Part shown: piece after piece, positions 1 to 13,400 of the stretch
How the letters are laid out: each line of letters starts with the position of its first letter
Position numbering within the stretch: the first letter of the stretch is position 1
Assembly (NCBI GenBank): GCA_964016885.1
Contig: OZ024746.1
Coordinates: 17,174,001 to 17,238,000, forward strand
Length of the DNA: 64,000 nt
DNA from: Eledone cirrhosa
Taxonomy: Eukaryota
Reading direction: 5' to 3'
Notes under the pieces: model-generated
The model's database searches: none
The model's input: only the letters and a program-made list of their open reading frames with translations
Told to the model about the DNA's origin: nothing
Made by a program: the position numbers and the translations under genes

Positions 1-82
1 CCTAACAGTTCAGAGAAACAATTGTCAGCAATGAGATTAAAAACCTTTTTTGTATAGCAAACCGTGTCACTCTTCTTTCCCG

Positions 83-85
<3 letters not shown>

Positions 86-143
<58 letters not shown>

Positions 144-221
144 TATATATATGTGTGTGTGTGTGTGTAAATATGTATATATATATATGTATATATATAT
201 GTGTGTGTGTGTGTATATATG

Positions 222-252
<31 letters not shown>

Positions 253-338
253 GTATGTATATGTATATATATATGTGTGTGTGTGTGTATATATATATGT
301 ATATATATGTATATGTATATATATGTATATATATGTAT

Positions 339-374
<36 letters not shown>

Positions 375-402
375 GTATATATATATGTATATATATATAT
401 AT
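86..402. repeat. (TA)n/(TG)n compound microsatellite
   Basis: Dinucleotide runs; source of the spurious YIYI ORFs. Confidence 0.95.
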
Positions 403-665
403 AATAATATATAAGATCAAAAGATGGTTAAAAGAGTTCCATCTTTTGATCTTATATATTATTATTTATACTCCAGTCCTACAAATTGTAGAGTGCTATT
501 TATAATTTGTTTTTGATGTTTTGAACGCGGGGAGGGGGGGGGCATTTCTGAGTTAAATAAAAAATAATCACTTCCAACGCCCGAAGCACGTCAAAAACCA
601 CAAGAAAAACAATTTTCACCTCCAAAACTAGACAAGGGTAATTGTAAAAAAATTACCTCAAGCAG

Positions 666-704
<39 letters not shown>

Positions 705-724
705 CATCATCATCATCATCATTA

Positions 725-2382
725 TCTATAAAAGGCATTATCTATAAAAGGCAGATTGTTGTTGTGTGTGTGTGTGCACATGTTCCATGTTTATACATTT
801 GCACAATTTCAAACCGATTCGACTCAAAGTCTGTAAGAATATTGTAAATGGTCTAACTTAGGTCAACGACTATTTATTTCATTTAAATTCACCCACAGTT
901 ACGGAAATAATTGATAAAACTAAATACATGACGCTTTACCCCCTAATACCATCTGATTACCTCTCTCTACTCCCCTTCAACTTCGATAAAACTACATACA
1001 TGCTTACAAACTTCCTTTAGGAACGCTGAAGAGAGAGAGAGTGAGAGAGCAAGAGAGAGAGAGAACGTTTGTTTTTTAGTGTGGAACTAAATACATGACG
1101 TTTTACCCCTCTAATACAATCAGAATACCTCTCTCTACTCCCCTTAAACTTTGAGAGAGAGAGAGAGAGAACGTTTGTTTTTTAGTGTGGAACAGTCAAA
1201 CATTTATTTACTTCAATGACAAAGAGAACTTATTACATTTCATACGAAACAACAATTATTCAAAAGCAACAGATAAATTTATTCAACAACAACAAAAATA
1301 GCGATAAATCTTTTTTAAAACATCTATCAACGAACGTGGAAGAAAGAAATATCAGTTCATTTACTATACACGATAATATCCTCTATGAGGTCACTAAACC
1401 TGCTAGAAACAGCAGCTAACTCTCCCCCCATATCACACCACTCCCTACTGTCTTAAATTTAGAAAACATATCCTCTATGCGGTCACTAAACCTGCTAGAA
1501 ACAGCAGCTAACTCTCCCCCATATTCAAAAGCAACAGATAAATTTATTCAACAACAAAAATAGCGATAAATCATTTTTAAAGCATCTATCAACGAACGTG
1601 GAAGAAAAAAGTATCAGTTCATTTACTATACACAATAATATCCTCTATGAGGTCACTAAACCTGCTAGAAACAGCAGCTAACTCTCCCCCATATCACACC
1701 ACTCCCTACTGTCTTAAATTTAGAAAACCTATCCTCTATGAGGTCACTAAACCTGCTAGAAACAGCAGCTAACTCTCCCCCATATTCAAAAGCAACAGAT
1801 AAATTTATTCAACAACAAAAAAAATAGCGATAAATCTTTTTTAAAACATCTATCAACGAACGTGAAAGAAAGAAGTATCAGTTCATTTACTATACACAAT
1901 AATATCCTCTATGTGGTCACTAAACCTGCTAGAAACAGCAGCTAACTCTCCCCCATATCACACCACTCCCTACTGTCTTAAATTTAGAAAACCTATCCTC
2001 TATGAGGTCACTAAACTTGCTAGAAACAGAAGCTAACTCTCCCCCATAACACACCCCTCCCTACTGTCTTAAATTTAGAAAACACACATTAGACAACCAT
2101 GCAGAACAACTCCATCGCAGCTCTGTTGTTCGGCTGGCATCGTCTACGCGCGTGTTGCGCAAGTACTGTGAAACAATAAATTTCAACACTTCTTTGCACA
2201 GAGATAATATCCATAGGTGAAACTACAATTGTCACTGTTGGCGCAGCTCCTGCTTTGGCAGTCCTGGTCTGCAATTCATTCACCCAGTGCCTGGCAGACA
2301 AAAAAGTGCTCCCATAAAATGGGTGGTGCAACCTAACTTTGGTAACTTACTGACCCCGAGCAGCGCCGGGCTTTAATGCTAG
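725..2382 (+). mobile_element. Non-autonomous Helitron-like element carrying internal tandem repeats
   Basis: 5' A|TCTATAAAAGG followed by (TG)n; 3' GC-rich hairpin CCCGAGCAGCGCCGGG (2355-2370), then CTAG|T (2379-2383). Linking the two ends is inferred. Confidence 0.55.
1258..2085. repeat. Higher-order tandem repeat, about 265-bp unit x3
   Basis: Each unit holds two copies of TCCTCTATGAGGTCACTAAACCTGCTAGAAACAGCAGCTAACTCTCCCCCATAT. Confidence 0.9.
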
Positions 2383-2470
2383 TATATATAAGTATGTATA
2401 CGTACATAAATATATGTGTACAGACGTACAGTAGTATGTATATATATATATATATATATATACATACATG

Positions 2471-2501
<31 letters not shown>

Positions 2502-2872
2502 GTACGTATGGGTTTACCGAACATTTATTATAATGCTCGGTTTGCTTGTAAACAAACAGCCCGAATTACGCCGTACAGTGCTCGGCAACCATCGTCGATC
2601 TTTTGTTCAACACTGACACAGGAACGATGTACTAGTTTCAAGCTTATTAGCTTTCTGTCAGATTATTGAACGTTTGAAAGTATGCACTTTCCTTATGCAT
2701 ATTAACGGCTGAGCAGCCTAATCTGCATATCGAGTGAGTTAGTCGGCCGGGCAACCGAAAACGATAAATGGAAAAGAATGAAACGAAATTTCATTTCTCA
2801 CTCTTAGTACGGCTGATACCTAAATATAAGTATGTATACGTACATACATATATGTGTACAGACGTACAGTAG

Positions 2873-2915
<43 letters not shown>

Positions 2916-3756
2916 GCACACATATATATATGGCAGTTTCCAAAAACGCCCGCATTGCTTAGTCTTTAGAATATATATATAAGCAATGAGTTATTTAATT
3001 TGTTGATTATTCAACAAATTTAGTTTATAACAGATTAGAAGCACTTAACTACTTTCTTCTGGAGTATAATATCAATAATATTAACAAATGGAACCTATCT
3101 TTATAAAACCATATTTATTTTTTAATATATATTTCAAGGGTACCAAAATTTTGGTACGCCCTCATCAGATAAAATACAAAAGTTGGTTTACAGATAGTGA
3201 CATATTCAGACAAGAACTTAATGTTGTGAGTTCTATTCACTATTCAAATCGAACTCACAACATTAAGTTCTTGTCTGGATATGTCACTATCTGTAAACCA
3301 ACTTTTGTATTTTATCCGATGAGAGCGTACCAACATTTTGGTACTCTTGAAATATATATAATAAAATATAGTTACATAAAATTTACAGTAGAATAACGTT
3401 GTAAATATGTTTTAAAGCTTAACAGAATACATAACTGAATTTACGTTTACACTATGTTTTCTTTTTAATTCATAAATTGAAGTTTTAATTTATTTCATAA
3501 TATACAAATCGTTTGCAATTCTTTCAGAATGAAAATATAAACAGAGCATATAAATAAAGTTAGTTTGCCCAGTACTCGCGGCGTTGCTGTCTTTTGTCCT
3601 GGTGTTGGCTCCGTTGTTCACCCCTTCCTTTACATTTTCTTTAATATTGTAACATTAAAAGAATATATCTTTCTGAAAGAATCGCGAGCTATTTATAATG
3701 TTGTATAATAGAATAAATATGGTTTTATAAAGATACCTTCCATTTATTAATATTAT

Positions 3757-3809
<53 letters not shown>

Positions 3810-3865
3810 CAGAAACGGTGTGGTAAAAACCAGAGTACTCGATACTTGGGATAGTAGAGTAGGTA

Positions 3866-3983
3866 ATATGAAAAGATTCAGGACCCCGACGGCTGAGCCC
3901 CTGCCGTTTCGACAGCTAGATCCGAACTCGCATCTAGCTGTCGAAACGGCCGGAGCTCAGCCGTTGGGGTCCTGAATCTTTTC

Positions 3984-3987
<4 letters not shown>
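3866..3987. repeat. Inverted repeat / hairpin with about 56-bp arms
   Basis: ATATGAAAAGATTCAGGACCCC...CGACAGCTAGAT (3866-3921) pairs with 3932-3987, with few mismatches. Confidence 0.9.
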
Positions 3988-4015
<28 letters not shown>

Positions 4016-4379
4016 ATTATTTCAGACAGCTTGGTAAAAAATAACTAAGTTCAGTAAGGCCTAAACATATAGGAGTTGATATAAAACTAGCACTAGGATG
4101 TAGTTTATATATCTTATCCTGTAGTTATGAATTTGATACTTTCTTAATTCATTGTTTTGCTGACAAGAATTACATATAATACTTACCTGCGTGCGCATTC
4201 ACATACCTGAACACATCTAGAGGTATATAGTGACATATCCTGTCATAGATTTTCCTCTCGGTTATTTCACTATGATTATTTACTTACAATGACTAAAAAG
4301 TTTCTTTTCTTTTTCTCGGTATTAAATAACTTACTTACTTTGTATTGGAATTGAACTGACCAACAAACTCAAAAAGATC

Positions 4380-4417
4380 ATGGAACAACAACTGATTGAT
4401 AGTATTAGAGATTGGAG
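4380..4417 (+). CDS. Csk-like kinase exon 1 ([12 protein letters not shown])
   Basis: ATG at 4380, in-frame TAA upstream at 4323-4325, perfect AG|GTAAGT donor, phase 2 matches the next exon. Confidence 0.65.
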
Positions 4418-7400
4418 GTAAGTTACGGCTTCTGTAACCTTTTTGTCAATATCTATATGCTTACGTGAAAACCTGCGCAATCTTGACTAGTTTTGTCTAA
4501 TGCCTCGTGAATAAACAAAACTCTAGAGTAACAGAATTCTGTCTTGACCTTATATATGCTGTTTACCATATATACCTGTAGACATTACACGTGTATATAC
4601 ATATGTACCTGTAGGAAACACGTATATAATATATATGAGGATATCTCTTAAGTGGTTGCTTGATCGAGTTGAAATAGTATCCAAATATCGCTCAAATAAC
4701 ACCATACTATTTTAAAGACGGAAGGCCATTAAATAATATAATAGAAGATAAACTTTGAACTAAATAAAATGTCTGGATGGTCACAATTGGAATGCATTCA
4801 ATCATATGTGCTGGGACTTGACAAAAAAATTAAAGTTTAAGGGATAAATCCTCTATTATAAAAAATATAGGCGAATGTAGATAAGACTGTGACATTTCAA
4901 CTATTTTAAAAGTGGCGAATAGTAATTCACACGTTTCGGTTGCCAGTGTATTCAAACCCTTACACACAGCATAAATATACGAGACTTTCATAAAGAAAGG
5001 GAAGACCACTTTCCACAATATGGTCCGGGATTCACTGTCTGGAGAAAAAAAGGGCTTATCTATCATTAACTATCGACCTCTTTTAAAGTAAATAAAAATA
5101 TCTTGTCCGGTTCATTGGATTTATTGTTTTGTATACAGATTAGAATTAGCTTTAAAGTTAGGGTTCCCTCGTCGATTAGTGTGCATGGGAGCAGTGTCCT
5201 CAATCACACCTTCCAGAATCTCCTGTCGGAAGCAACCGCCTACAATTGATCCGGCTGGATCCCCAAGCGACAGCAGCCGAGCTCAGGATCTCCTGCCGGT
5301 TTGTTTTGCCCGTAAGATCTGCAATTCTTTCCTAATACATTCTAACCACATGTCCATAGTATCGGAGTTGTGATCGCTCAACTTGGAGAAGATATTTTGC
5401 TGATAGAAGTAGCAGCTCTATCTGGAGTGACTTTCTGATCTCCGAGCCACGCACTCTATCGAGTAACATTACTCCAAAGACACTTCAGTGGCTTGTATTT
5501 CAGATCGTTTTCTTTTCCCTCAACAGTAATTTACTAGAGACAAAAACATTTCAGTTCAAATTCTATCTATTTACCAAGAAAATCGAAAGATGCAACATAT
5601 TCCAGTAAACCCATGAACCATCTATATCTGTTCCATTCAATTCTCATGTTGATGCAGTTGTTGTTAACATGAAATTCAGCTCTGATTAAACAGATTTATC
5701 AGAAAAAGACATTCTAGCCCCGACAGTTCCGTTATTGGATGAAAGAGTAGGTAGAGATGACCAAGGGGGTTACTAGAAGAGGGGTGTGTGATGACTTAGA
5801 ACAGAGGTTCTCAAAGTGGGCGCTACCGCCCCCGCCCTCCTGGTTGCATTGAGAAGGTCCAGGGAGCGGTGGGGCTAGAGAAAAAGAAGGTGTTTGGGAG
5901 GAAGGAGTGGTTGGACGTGTCATGAAAGTGAACACATCCTTAAGTGTGAAAGTTTGTCTCGCTAAACTTATGTATAAGCGTTCCATTCAACACGGAGTTT
6001 TTTTCCAGTTTCCTTGTCTGCTTTTGAAAAGGACGGGAAACTTCCAGGCGAGGATCTGCTTGTCTTTTGCTCCCACCTCACTGAACTGCACGAAGATATG
6101 GATTGACGAGTTCATGATCTGTTTGCTCTTCGAGTCGCTGAATGGATTATCAGCCCCTTCATTGACATATCGGAAGAAGAGAGTCGATAGTTAGAAGAGG
6201 AGCTGATACTATTCAAAATGACATTAAGTTGAAGCCTAAATTCCGCAAGTGCTATTAAGAATGTTGGCTTCAAAAGGCTATCCAGAGCTTTGGAAGAAAG
6301 TGAAATTGTTCTTCATTGCCTTTCCAACATCTTATTTGGTTGAAAGAGGATTCAGTGTGATCACTGGCCTTCTTACAAAGCAGCAGAGCAAGCTCTGAAT
6401 TACGGAGCATGGAGATCTCAGACTTATTCTTAGTACAATTCAGCCTGAGATTGAGAGGCTACTTTCACTCCACTAAACTCATCCCTCTCATTGAACCCCC
6501 TCCCTATAAACCTATCTGGGCGGGCTGTTTTAGTGGTATATTATTGACACCTCCAATACGCGTTGTAAATATGCGTTGTGCATTGAGGGTGAATCGAAGG
6601 GGGAGTGTTGAGAAGAGGGAGTGATGAGCGAGAAGATGGAGTGATGAGCGAGAGGGTGAAGAAAAGGGGGAGTAGTAAGAGGATGAAGAGAAGAGGGAGT
6701 AGTGAGAGGATGAAGAGAAGAGGGAGTAGTGAAAGGGTGAAGAAATACTGCAAGGCATCTTGTCTGATCCTCTTATTTTATTTATTGACCCTGAAAAAAT
6801 GGAAAATAAACTTGACTTTAGAGGGATCTGAACTCTGGGTACAAAGAACCAGAACAAATACTGCAAAGTTTTCTATATAATGCACTGCTTACTGTACCAA
6901 TTCACAATTATATAAAAGATGAGGTATCATTGACAATAGAAAATTAAAATGAAGAATATGATAATCATCATCATCATTTTATGTCCTCTTTTCCCTGCTT
7001 GCAAGGGTGGGAAGGGTCCTATTCAGCATAGCATCTCTCCACTTGTCACGGTCCCTGAGCTTCAACAATCTGAGGTTTTTCGTGGTCTTCCTCTACTGTG
7101 TCTCCCTTCTACTGCGATTTCTTGGCACTTCTTTACCTAGCGGTCATCCTCCATGCGCATCACATGCCCATACCATCTGTCTTCTCTCCTGCACACCACA
7201 ACTTATCCCTCTTATACCTAGTTTCTCTCGCAACTCATCTATAATATCTTGTCTAATTAATGGTTTCTGATTTAGACACAAGGGCAACAATTTTGGGGGG
7301 AGGGGAAAGTCGATTAAATTGACCCCAGTGCATTACTGGTACTTTATTTTATCGACCCCTTATGAATGAAAAGCAAAGTTAACCTTGGTGGGATTTGAAC

Positions 7401-10400
7401 TCAGAACGTAAAGGGTCGTAACTCAATGCGGTGAAGCAGGATGTCCGTCGCTCTACTGATACTGCCAATCCATCACGCTATTTCGTCTAATTAATCAAAC
7501 TCATTGTGTATACATATGATAATGTTTAGTTTGGTTTCGTTTAGGTTAGTTAGGAATCCTTTGTTGATCCATATGTGTGTGTATATGTGTGTGCAGAGCA
7601 TTGTTGATCCATGTGTGTGTGTATGTGTGTGCAGAGCATTGTTGATCCATGTGTGTATATGTGTGTGCAGAGCATTGTTAATCTGTGTGTGTGTAAATAT
7701 ATATATATGTGTGTGCAGAGCATTGTTGATCCATGTGTGTATATGTGTGTGCAGAGCATTGTTGATCCATGTGTGTATATGTGTGTGCAGAGCATTGTTA
7801 ATCTGTGTGTGTGTAAATATATATATATGTGTGTGCAGAGCATTGTTGATCCATGTGTGTATATGTGTGTGCAGAGCATTGTTGATCCATCATCATCATC
7901 ATCGTTTAATGTCTTATTTTCCATGGGTCAGACAGGCCATCCATACTATGAGGCATGTCTGGTCATTTGGCCATACCTTGCTCAAATGGGACTTTATTTT
8001 GGCCATTTTATTTTACAGCTGGATGCCCTTCCTAACACCAACCACATTGACAGTGTGAAACTGGATGGTCTCGTTATGAGAGGGGGTCTGGTCAGTTGGC
8101 TGTGCCCTACCCTACTCATAAGTGGATCTGAATTAGGGAGTTGGGTGAACCTGTAATGAGGTAGGTTAGGTCTGGCCAGTTGACAGCGTCAAACATTACT
8201 CATAGCAGGGCCTGTGTTTTGGCTGAGGATTTTTACATCTGCTGGATGCCTTTCCTAAAAGCAACCACATTTACAGTGTGCAACTGCATGTTCCCATTGT
8301 GGGGAGGATCTTGCCAGTTGGTTGCGCCAGACCTTGCACATACAGGACCGCATTTTGGTTAGGATTTTACAGCTGCTAGAAAGTCCTTCCTAACACCAAC
8401 CATGTTTACAGTGTGTGACTGGGTGGTCCCACTAATGAGATAAGTCAGGCCAGTTGGCCGTGTCATACCTTGTCATGCCGCGCCACATTTTGGCTGGGGA
8501 CTGCTCAATGTCCTTCCTAGCGCCAACCATGTTTACTCTGTGGAACAGGGTGTTCCCACTATGAGGTAGGTCTGGCCAGTTGGCCGCATCATACCCTGCT
8601 CATAGCGGGGCCAGTGTTTTGGCTGAGATTTTTACAGCTGTGTATATATGTGACCTGAGCATTGTTAATCTGTGTGTATATATGTGAGCTGAGTATTGTT
8701 GATCTCTGTGTGTACATGTGAGCTGAGTATTGTTGATCTCTGCGTGTACATGTGAGCTGAGTATTGTTGATCTCTGTGTGTACATGTGAGCTGAGTATTG
8801 TTGATCTCTGTGTGTACATGTGAGCTGAGTATTGTTGATCTGTGTGTACATGTGAGCTGAGTATTGTTGATCTGTGTGTACATGTGAGCTGAGTATTGTT
8901 GATCTGTGTGTACATGTGAGCTGAGTATTGTTGATCTGTGTGTACATGTGAGCTGAGTATTGTTGATCTCTGTGTGTACATGTGAGCTGAGTATTGTTGA
9001 TCTGTGTGTACATGTGAGCTGAGTATTGTTGATCTCTGTGTGTACATGTGAGCTGAGCATTGTTAATCTGTGTGTATATATGTGCGCTGAGCATTGTTGA
9101 TCTTTGTGTGTATATATGTGAGCTGAGCATTGTTAATCTGTGTGTATACATGTGAGCTGAGTATTGTTGATCTCTGTGTGTACATGTGAGCTAGTATTGT
9201 TGATCTCTGTGTGTATATATGTGAGTTGAGCATTGTTGATATTTTCAGTTTCTTTGAAAGGGATTTGTTTTTTTAATAGTAATAAAAAAATTGATGTTTT
9301 TCTCTGTATTTCTTTTAGATGGTTTCACAACAATATGACTCCTGAGAAAGCATCCAATATATTATCAATAAACATCCAAGGTTCTTATCTCTTGAGAGAA
9401 AGTGCATCAAAACCAAGTCGATATTGTTTTTCTGTGAATCATCCATCAATTGTAAAGCATTATCGTCTATACATAAAGTATGGCTACGTTTCACTGGATA
9501 GGATTATACAGTTTTCCAATATACAGGAATTAATTGAGGTATAGATAGACTTTATTTTTTCTCCTTCATTATCATCATTTTATACCTGCTTTCTATGCTG
9601 GTATGGTTTGTCAGAGTTACTATCTTAGACAGGACAGGAGACCACGTAAAGCTCATATGTTCCTTCTTAACACCCAGCACTTTACAGAGTGTACTGGGTG
9701 TTTTTAATATCATGGCACGAGCATGAAACGTGGCTGCTGTTGTTGTTTAGCCTTAGGACAACCCTGATCAAGCAGTCCTATGATTGAAGGCATTCCAACC
9801 ATAATCATCCCCTCTTTATTTCAGGCATAGAAATCTAGATTTACATTATCCAATGGGCCCTTATTTTAAAATGGTTCTGTGTGAAAGAAGGGAGATTTAA
9901 AAAGTAGTTCTTGTAGGTTGAGTGATAATCTAGATAGAAGCTTCTTCTTTGGTTTGTTTCAGCTTTTGTTGTTCTTTAGTCTTAAGATCTATAATCAAAA
10001 CCATGACCATCCTGTCTTTTTATGAATATATGGGGCTACATTATCTAAGATGTCTTTTAATTATTTAAGTTAATAGGGTATGATTTGAGACAGATATGGA
10101 TACTATTTCTAGCTGGTCATGCAACCATGTAGAGGCTTCTTTCTTGGTTCGGTTCCGAAATGTTGAGTGTAGATGAGTTAAAAATTAAACTAAACAACAA
10201 AAATAATGGTTGGCATTAGGAAGAACATCCATAATAGATTGTTAATTTGATCACCTAGGTAATAGAAGCTATCAGCTACTTCTATGGGACCTTCTCTGGC
10301 TTGGAAAAAGTATATTTCACTGGTGCTCTTACTATCAACTACCCCTGTTCATTTTACACATACAAATCCTTATTTTTCTGTTAGCCTGCCTGCTATCCTA

Positions 10401-13400
10401 CAATACCTCTTGAGTACACTGTATATAGTTCCTTCCCACTTTTTTTTCTGTAAATTGAGCACATCCATTTTTCAGATGGTATCAGGGTCTTGTCTTTTTT
10501 ACTACTTAGTAAAATCATGATTTTTGCTAAGTTTATTCTAAGTTCTGTTTCGAAAACAGGAAATTCTTCTCTTGCTCTTCAAGATATTTAGCTATGTGAA
10601 CCTGATTGTCAGCATACAGAAATGTCCATGGATAACCTGCCTTAAACTCCTCTTTGCTCTATCATAGGCTGCCACAGATCAGTAAAAGCTAGATATAGCA
10701 GCTTATACTTAACTTCTCTTGTAGTTGTCTCACTAAGAAGGCATCTCATGCATAATATCTAATTAGTTGTGCTAATATTCTTTCTGTCACATTCTGTCAC
10801 ATTCATGGTCTATCAGTTTAACACTTCTGTAGCTGCTCCTTTTTAGAGCACTCATATCTCTTGTAATAGTTAAAGTTTATACTGCTTCACCATTCATTGT
10901 GTATAATATGCGTATATTACCTGATTGACTATGCAGGTGCCTACCTTGACTCTTACGTCAATGGATGATATCAGTCCTTCAGTGAATATCTCTGATGGTC
11001 CAGCATCTTTTTCCATTTTTTATCTCCCTAATTGCTTCTTTGAATCTTCAATAGCTGGTCCCTCTGTTATGTCTACTGGTAATAGTCCCTTTTTCTTCCA
11101 CTCAGTCTCTTCATTTAGCAACCTCTCATGGTAACATTTCCAGGCCTGTTTCCTCTGAGTATCACTGAGACTATGTGTATTGGTGTCATGTGTATCATTA
11201 AATTATATTAGATGAAAATGCATTTAATGAATACAGAATGAACATTTTTCTCATCAGTGTTGGCGGACTTGACAGAATATGAGCAATTCACTTATTCTAT
11301 TTGTTTATTTCTGATTTGGAAATAAAATGGTTTGAGAACACTGGTTCTCATTGCTACCCCATATGTGTATGTATGAGTGCATGCATGTGTGTGTGTGTAT
11401 GAGTACATGCATGCATGTGTGTGTGTGTGCATGCATGTATGTATCCATCCATCCAGAATTCTACATAACGTTTTACATATTTTTTCTTTATCATTTTAGT
11501 ACTATAAAACAGAAGACTATGACGGTATTTTTTTATCCCAGCCTGTTTGTGATTATAATTCTTTAGAATCAAATTTGGAAAAACTTCACCTTATAATACC
11601 TCCTGGTGATCTTCAGTTGGGTGAATATGTTAACAAAGGAGAGCATAGTGGTAAGTATTAGAAATAACATTCTTAAAGAATAGTGGTTAGGATGTTAAAC
11701 TTACGATTGTAAGGTTGTGGGTTCAATTCCCAGATCAGCTGGCACTTCATTTTACATTGTTTCAGTTCACTCATCTAAAAATGAGTACCAGCAGCTGGTG
11801 AGTTTTAACCTTGCAATGGGCTTGCATATCATCCAAGGGGAAGTTTTACTTTATTCTTAAAGAAAGTATGAAAGGCCAAATTGGAATTGCATTGTCTTAT
11901 GGCCAAAGTACTTTAATTTGAAATGGATCAGTCTACTTAGCTGTTAATAAGTACCACAGGGGAGCAAATCACAGCTGTACGTAATAGCTTTATACTATGG
12001 TACGATGCTGGAAGGGTAGAATGAGGGTTTAATGTGAATGGGTTCGGTTACATCTTTATGCTGGTAAGCTAGTCTTCTCTAGTACCACATGTCACCAATT
12101 ATTATAGTTCTTTGTCATATGTGTCATGGAGGTTCAGTTTCTTAAGGCCGATCTTCTCTACATCATCCCATGCCTTCTAAGTCTACCTCTTCCATGATTC
12201 CCACCCACTGAGATTTCTCTGCACTTCACTATACAGCTGTTATCTTCCATATTAATCACATGTCCAAACTTATTTAGTCTTCTCTCTTGCACACTACATC
12301 AGATATCTCTTATGTCTAGTTTTTCTCTCTTTACTTATGTTGTGATATTTCACTGCCATGTAGCATTGCAGTTCACGTTCAGGCATCATACACTCTACTC
12401 TCCACTCTCTAAAGAGAATGGTACTAATTCCCTGAACTTCTTCCACTGCTGATTAGATCACCTAGGTAACAAAAGTTGTCGACAACGTCTAAGAAGCCAC
12501 CTAGGTACTTAAGGGAGACTATTTCAGGTGTACTCTTAGTGCGTCCACCCACTTCTCCTTGTCCTCCTCCACCTCTTTCAATCTTTTCTATATTTCATCT
12601 GCCTATTACCCAGTTTGTGGATTGTCTCTCTGTTGACCACTAGCTGCTGGTCTCTGTCCTCTAAGGCATTTTTATCAATAGCAGTCTTTGACAGCATTTA
12701 GCTGTTTTAACAGCTGTTCTAGCAATGAGTTATCTCATTTTTATATGTAATCAATATGCAAGCAGGGAAGAGCGGACGTAAAATGATGATGATGATATAT
12801 ATATGGGTTAAGGTCCTGCTGTCTCCTAGTTTAACACCACCACCTGATACTTGTGTCCCTTTAGCAGTTTCCATTTTGTTGTAAACATTCAGGCCAAGTT
12901 TCCGGTGTGGAGCTACCTTCTTCCCTCCCTACTATTTGTCTTGGAGGCTCTAAAAATGTCACAGGTAACTAATACTAGACTTTCTCCTAACTAGGTGATA
13001 AAAGAACAAACATTCCTGTTGACCTCTATGTTCTGATGGTGACTAGAGTGGAGGTGGGCAAAATGAACTTAGTTGGTAGCAGTTACCATTCTTTTGTATT
13101 TACCATTAGAAAAATTTATATTGAAGCCATATTAGAATCTAAGCTTTATATTTAAATCCATAAAAAAACATATTTATTGACAATCTACTAAGAAGATAAA
13201 GAACTGTTAGAAAATGTTTAATTGTTTTTTTGTTTTTTTTTCACTTGATATTGTTGTTAAACAGAAATATATGAAGGCTCTTACAAATCAAAGACTGTTG
13301 CTGTAAAAAAAATGCTAAATATGGACTTGGATAAAGATCATCTTTATGAAGCTAATATAATGGCGTAAGGGATTTTTTTTTTTTATATGTTTATATTTTT

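Noticed and set aside
50-505. YIYI/CVCV-rich ORFs here and near 2333-2669, 7504-9151, 17749-18453 and 36401-36751
   Set aside because: Translations of micro- and minisatellites
5165-5525. GC-richer stretch in kinase intron 1 that might be an extra exon (e.g. SH3)
   Set aside because: No SH3 or other recognisable motif and no convincing splice-site pair; probably a transposon relic
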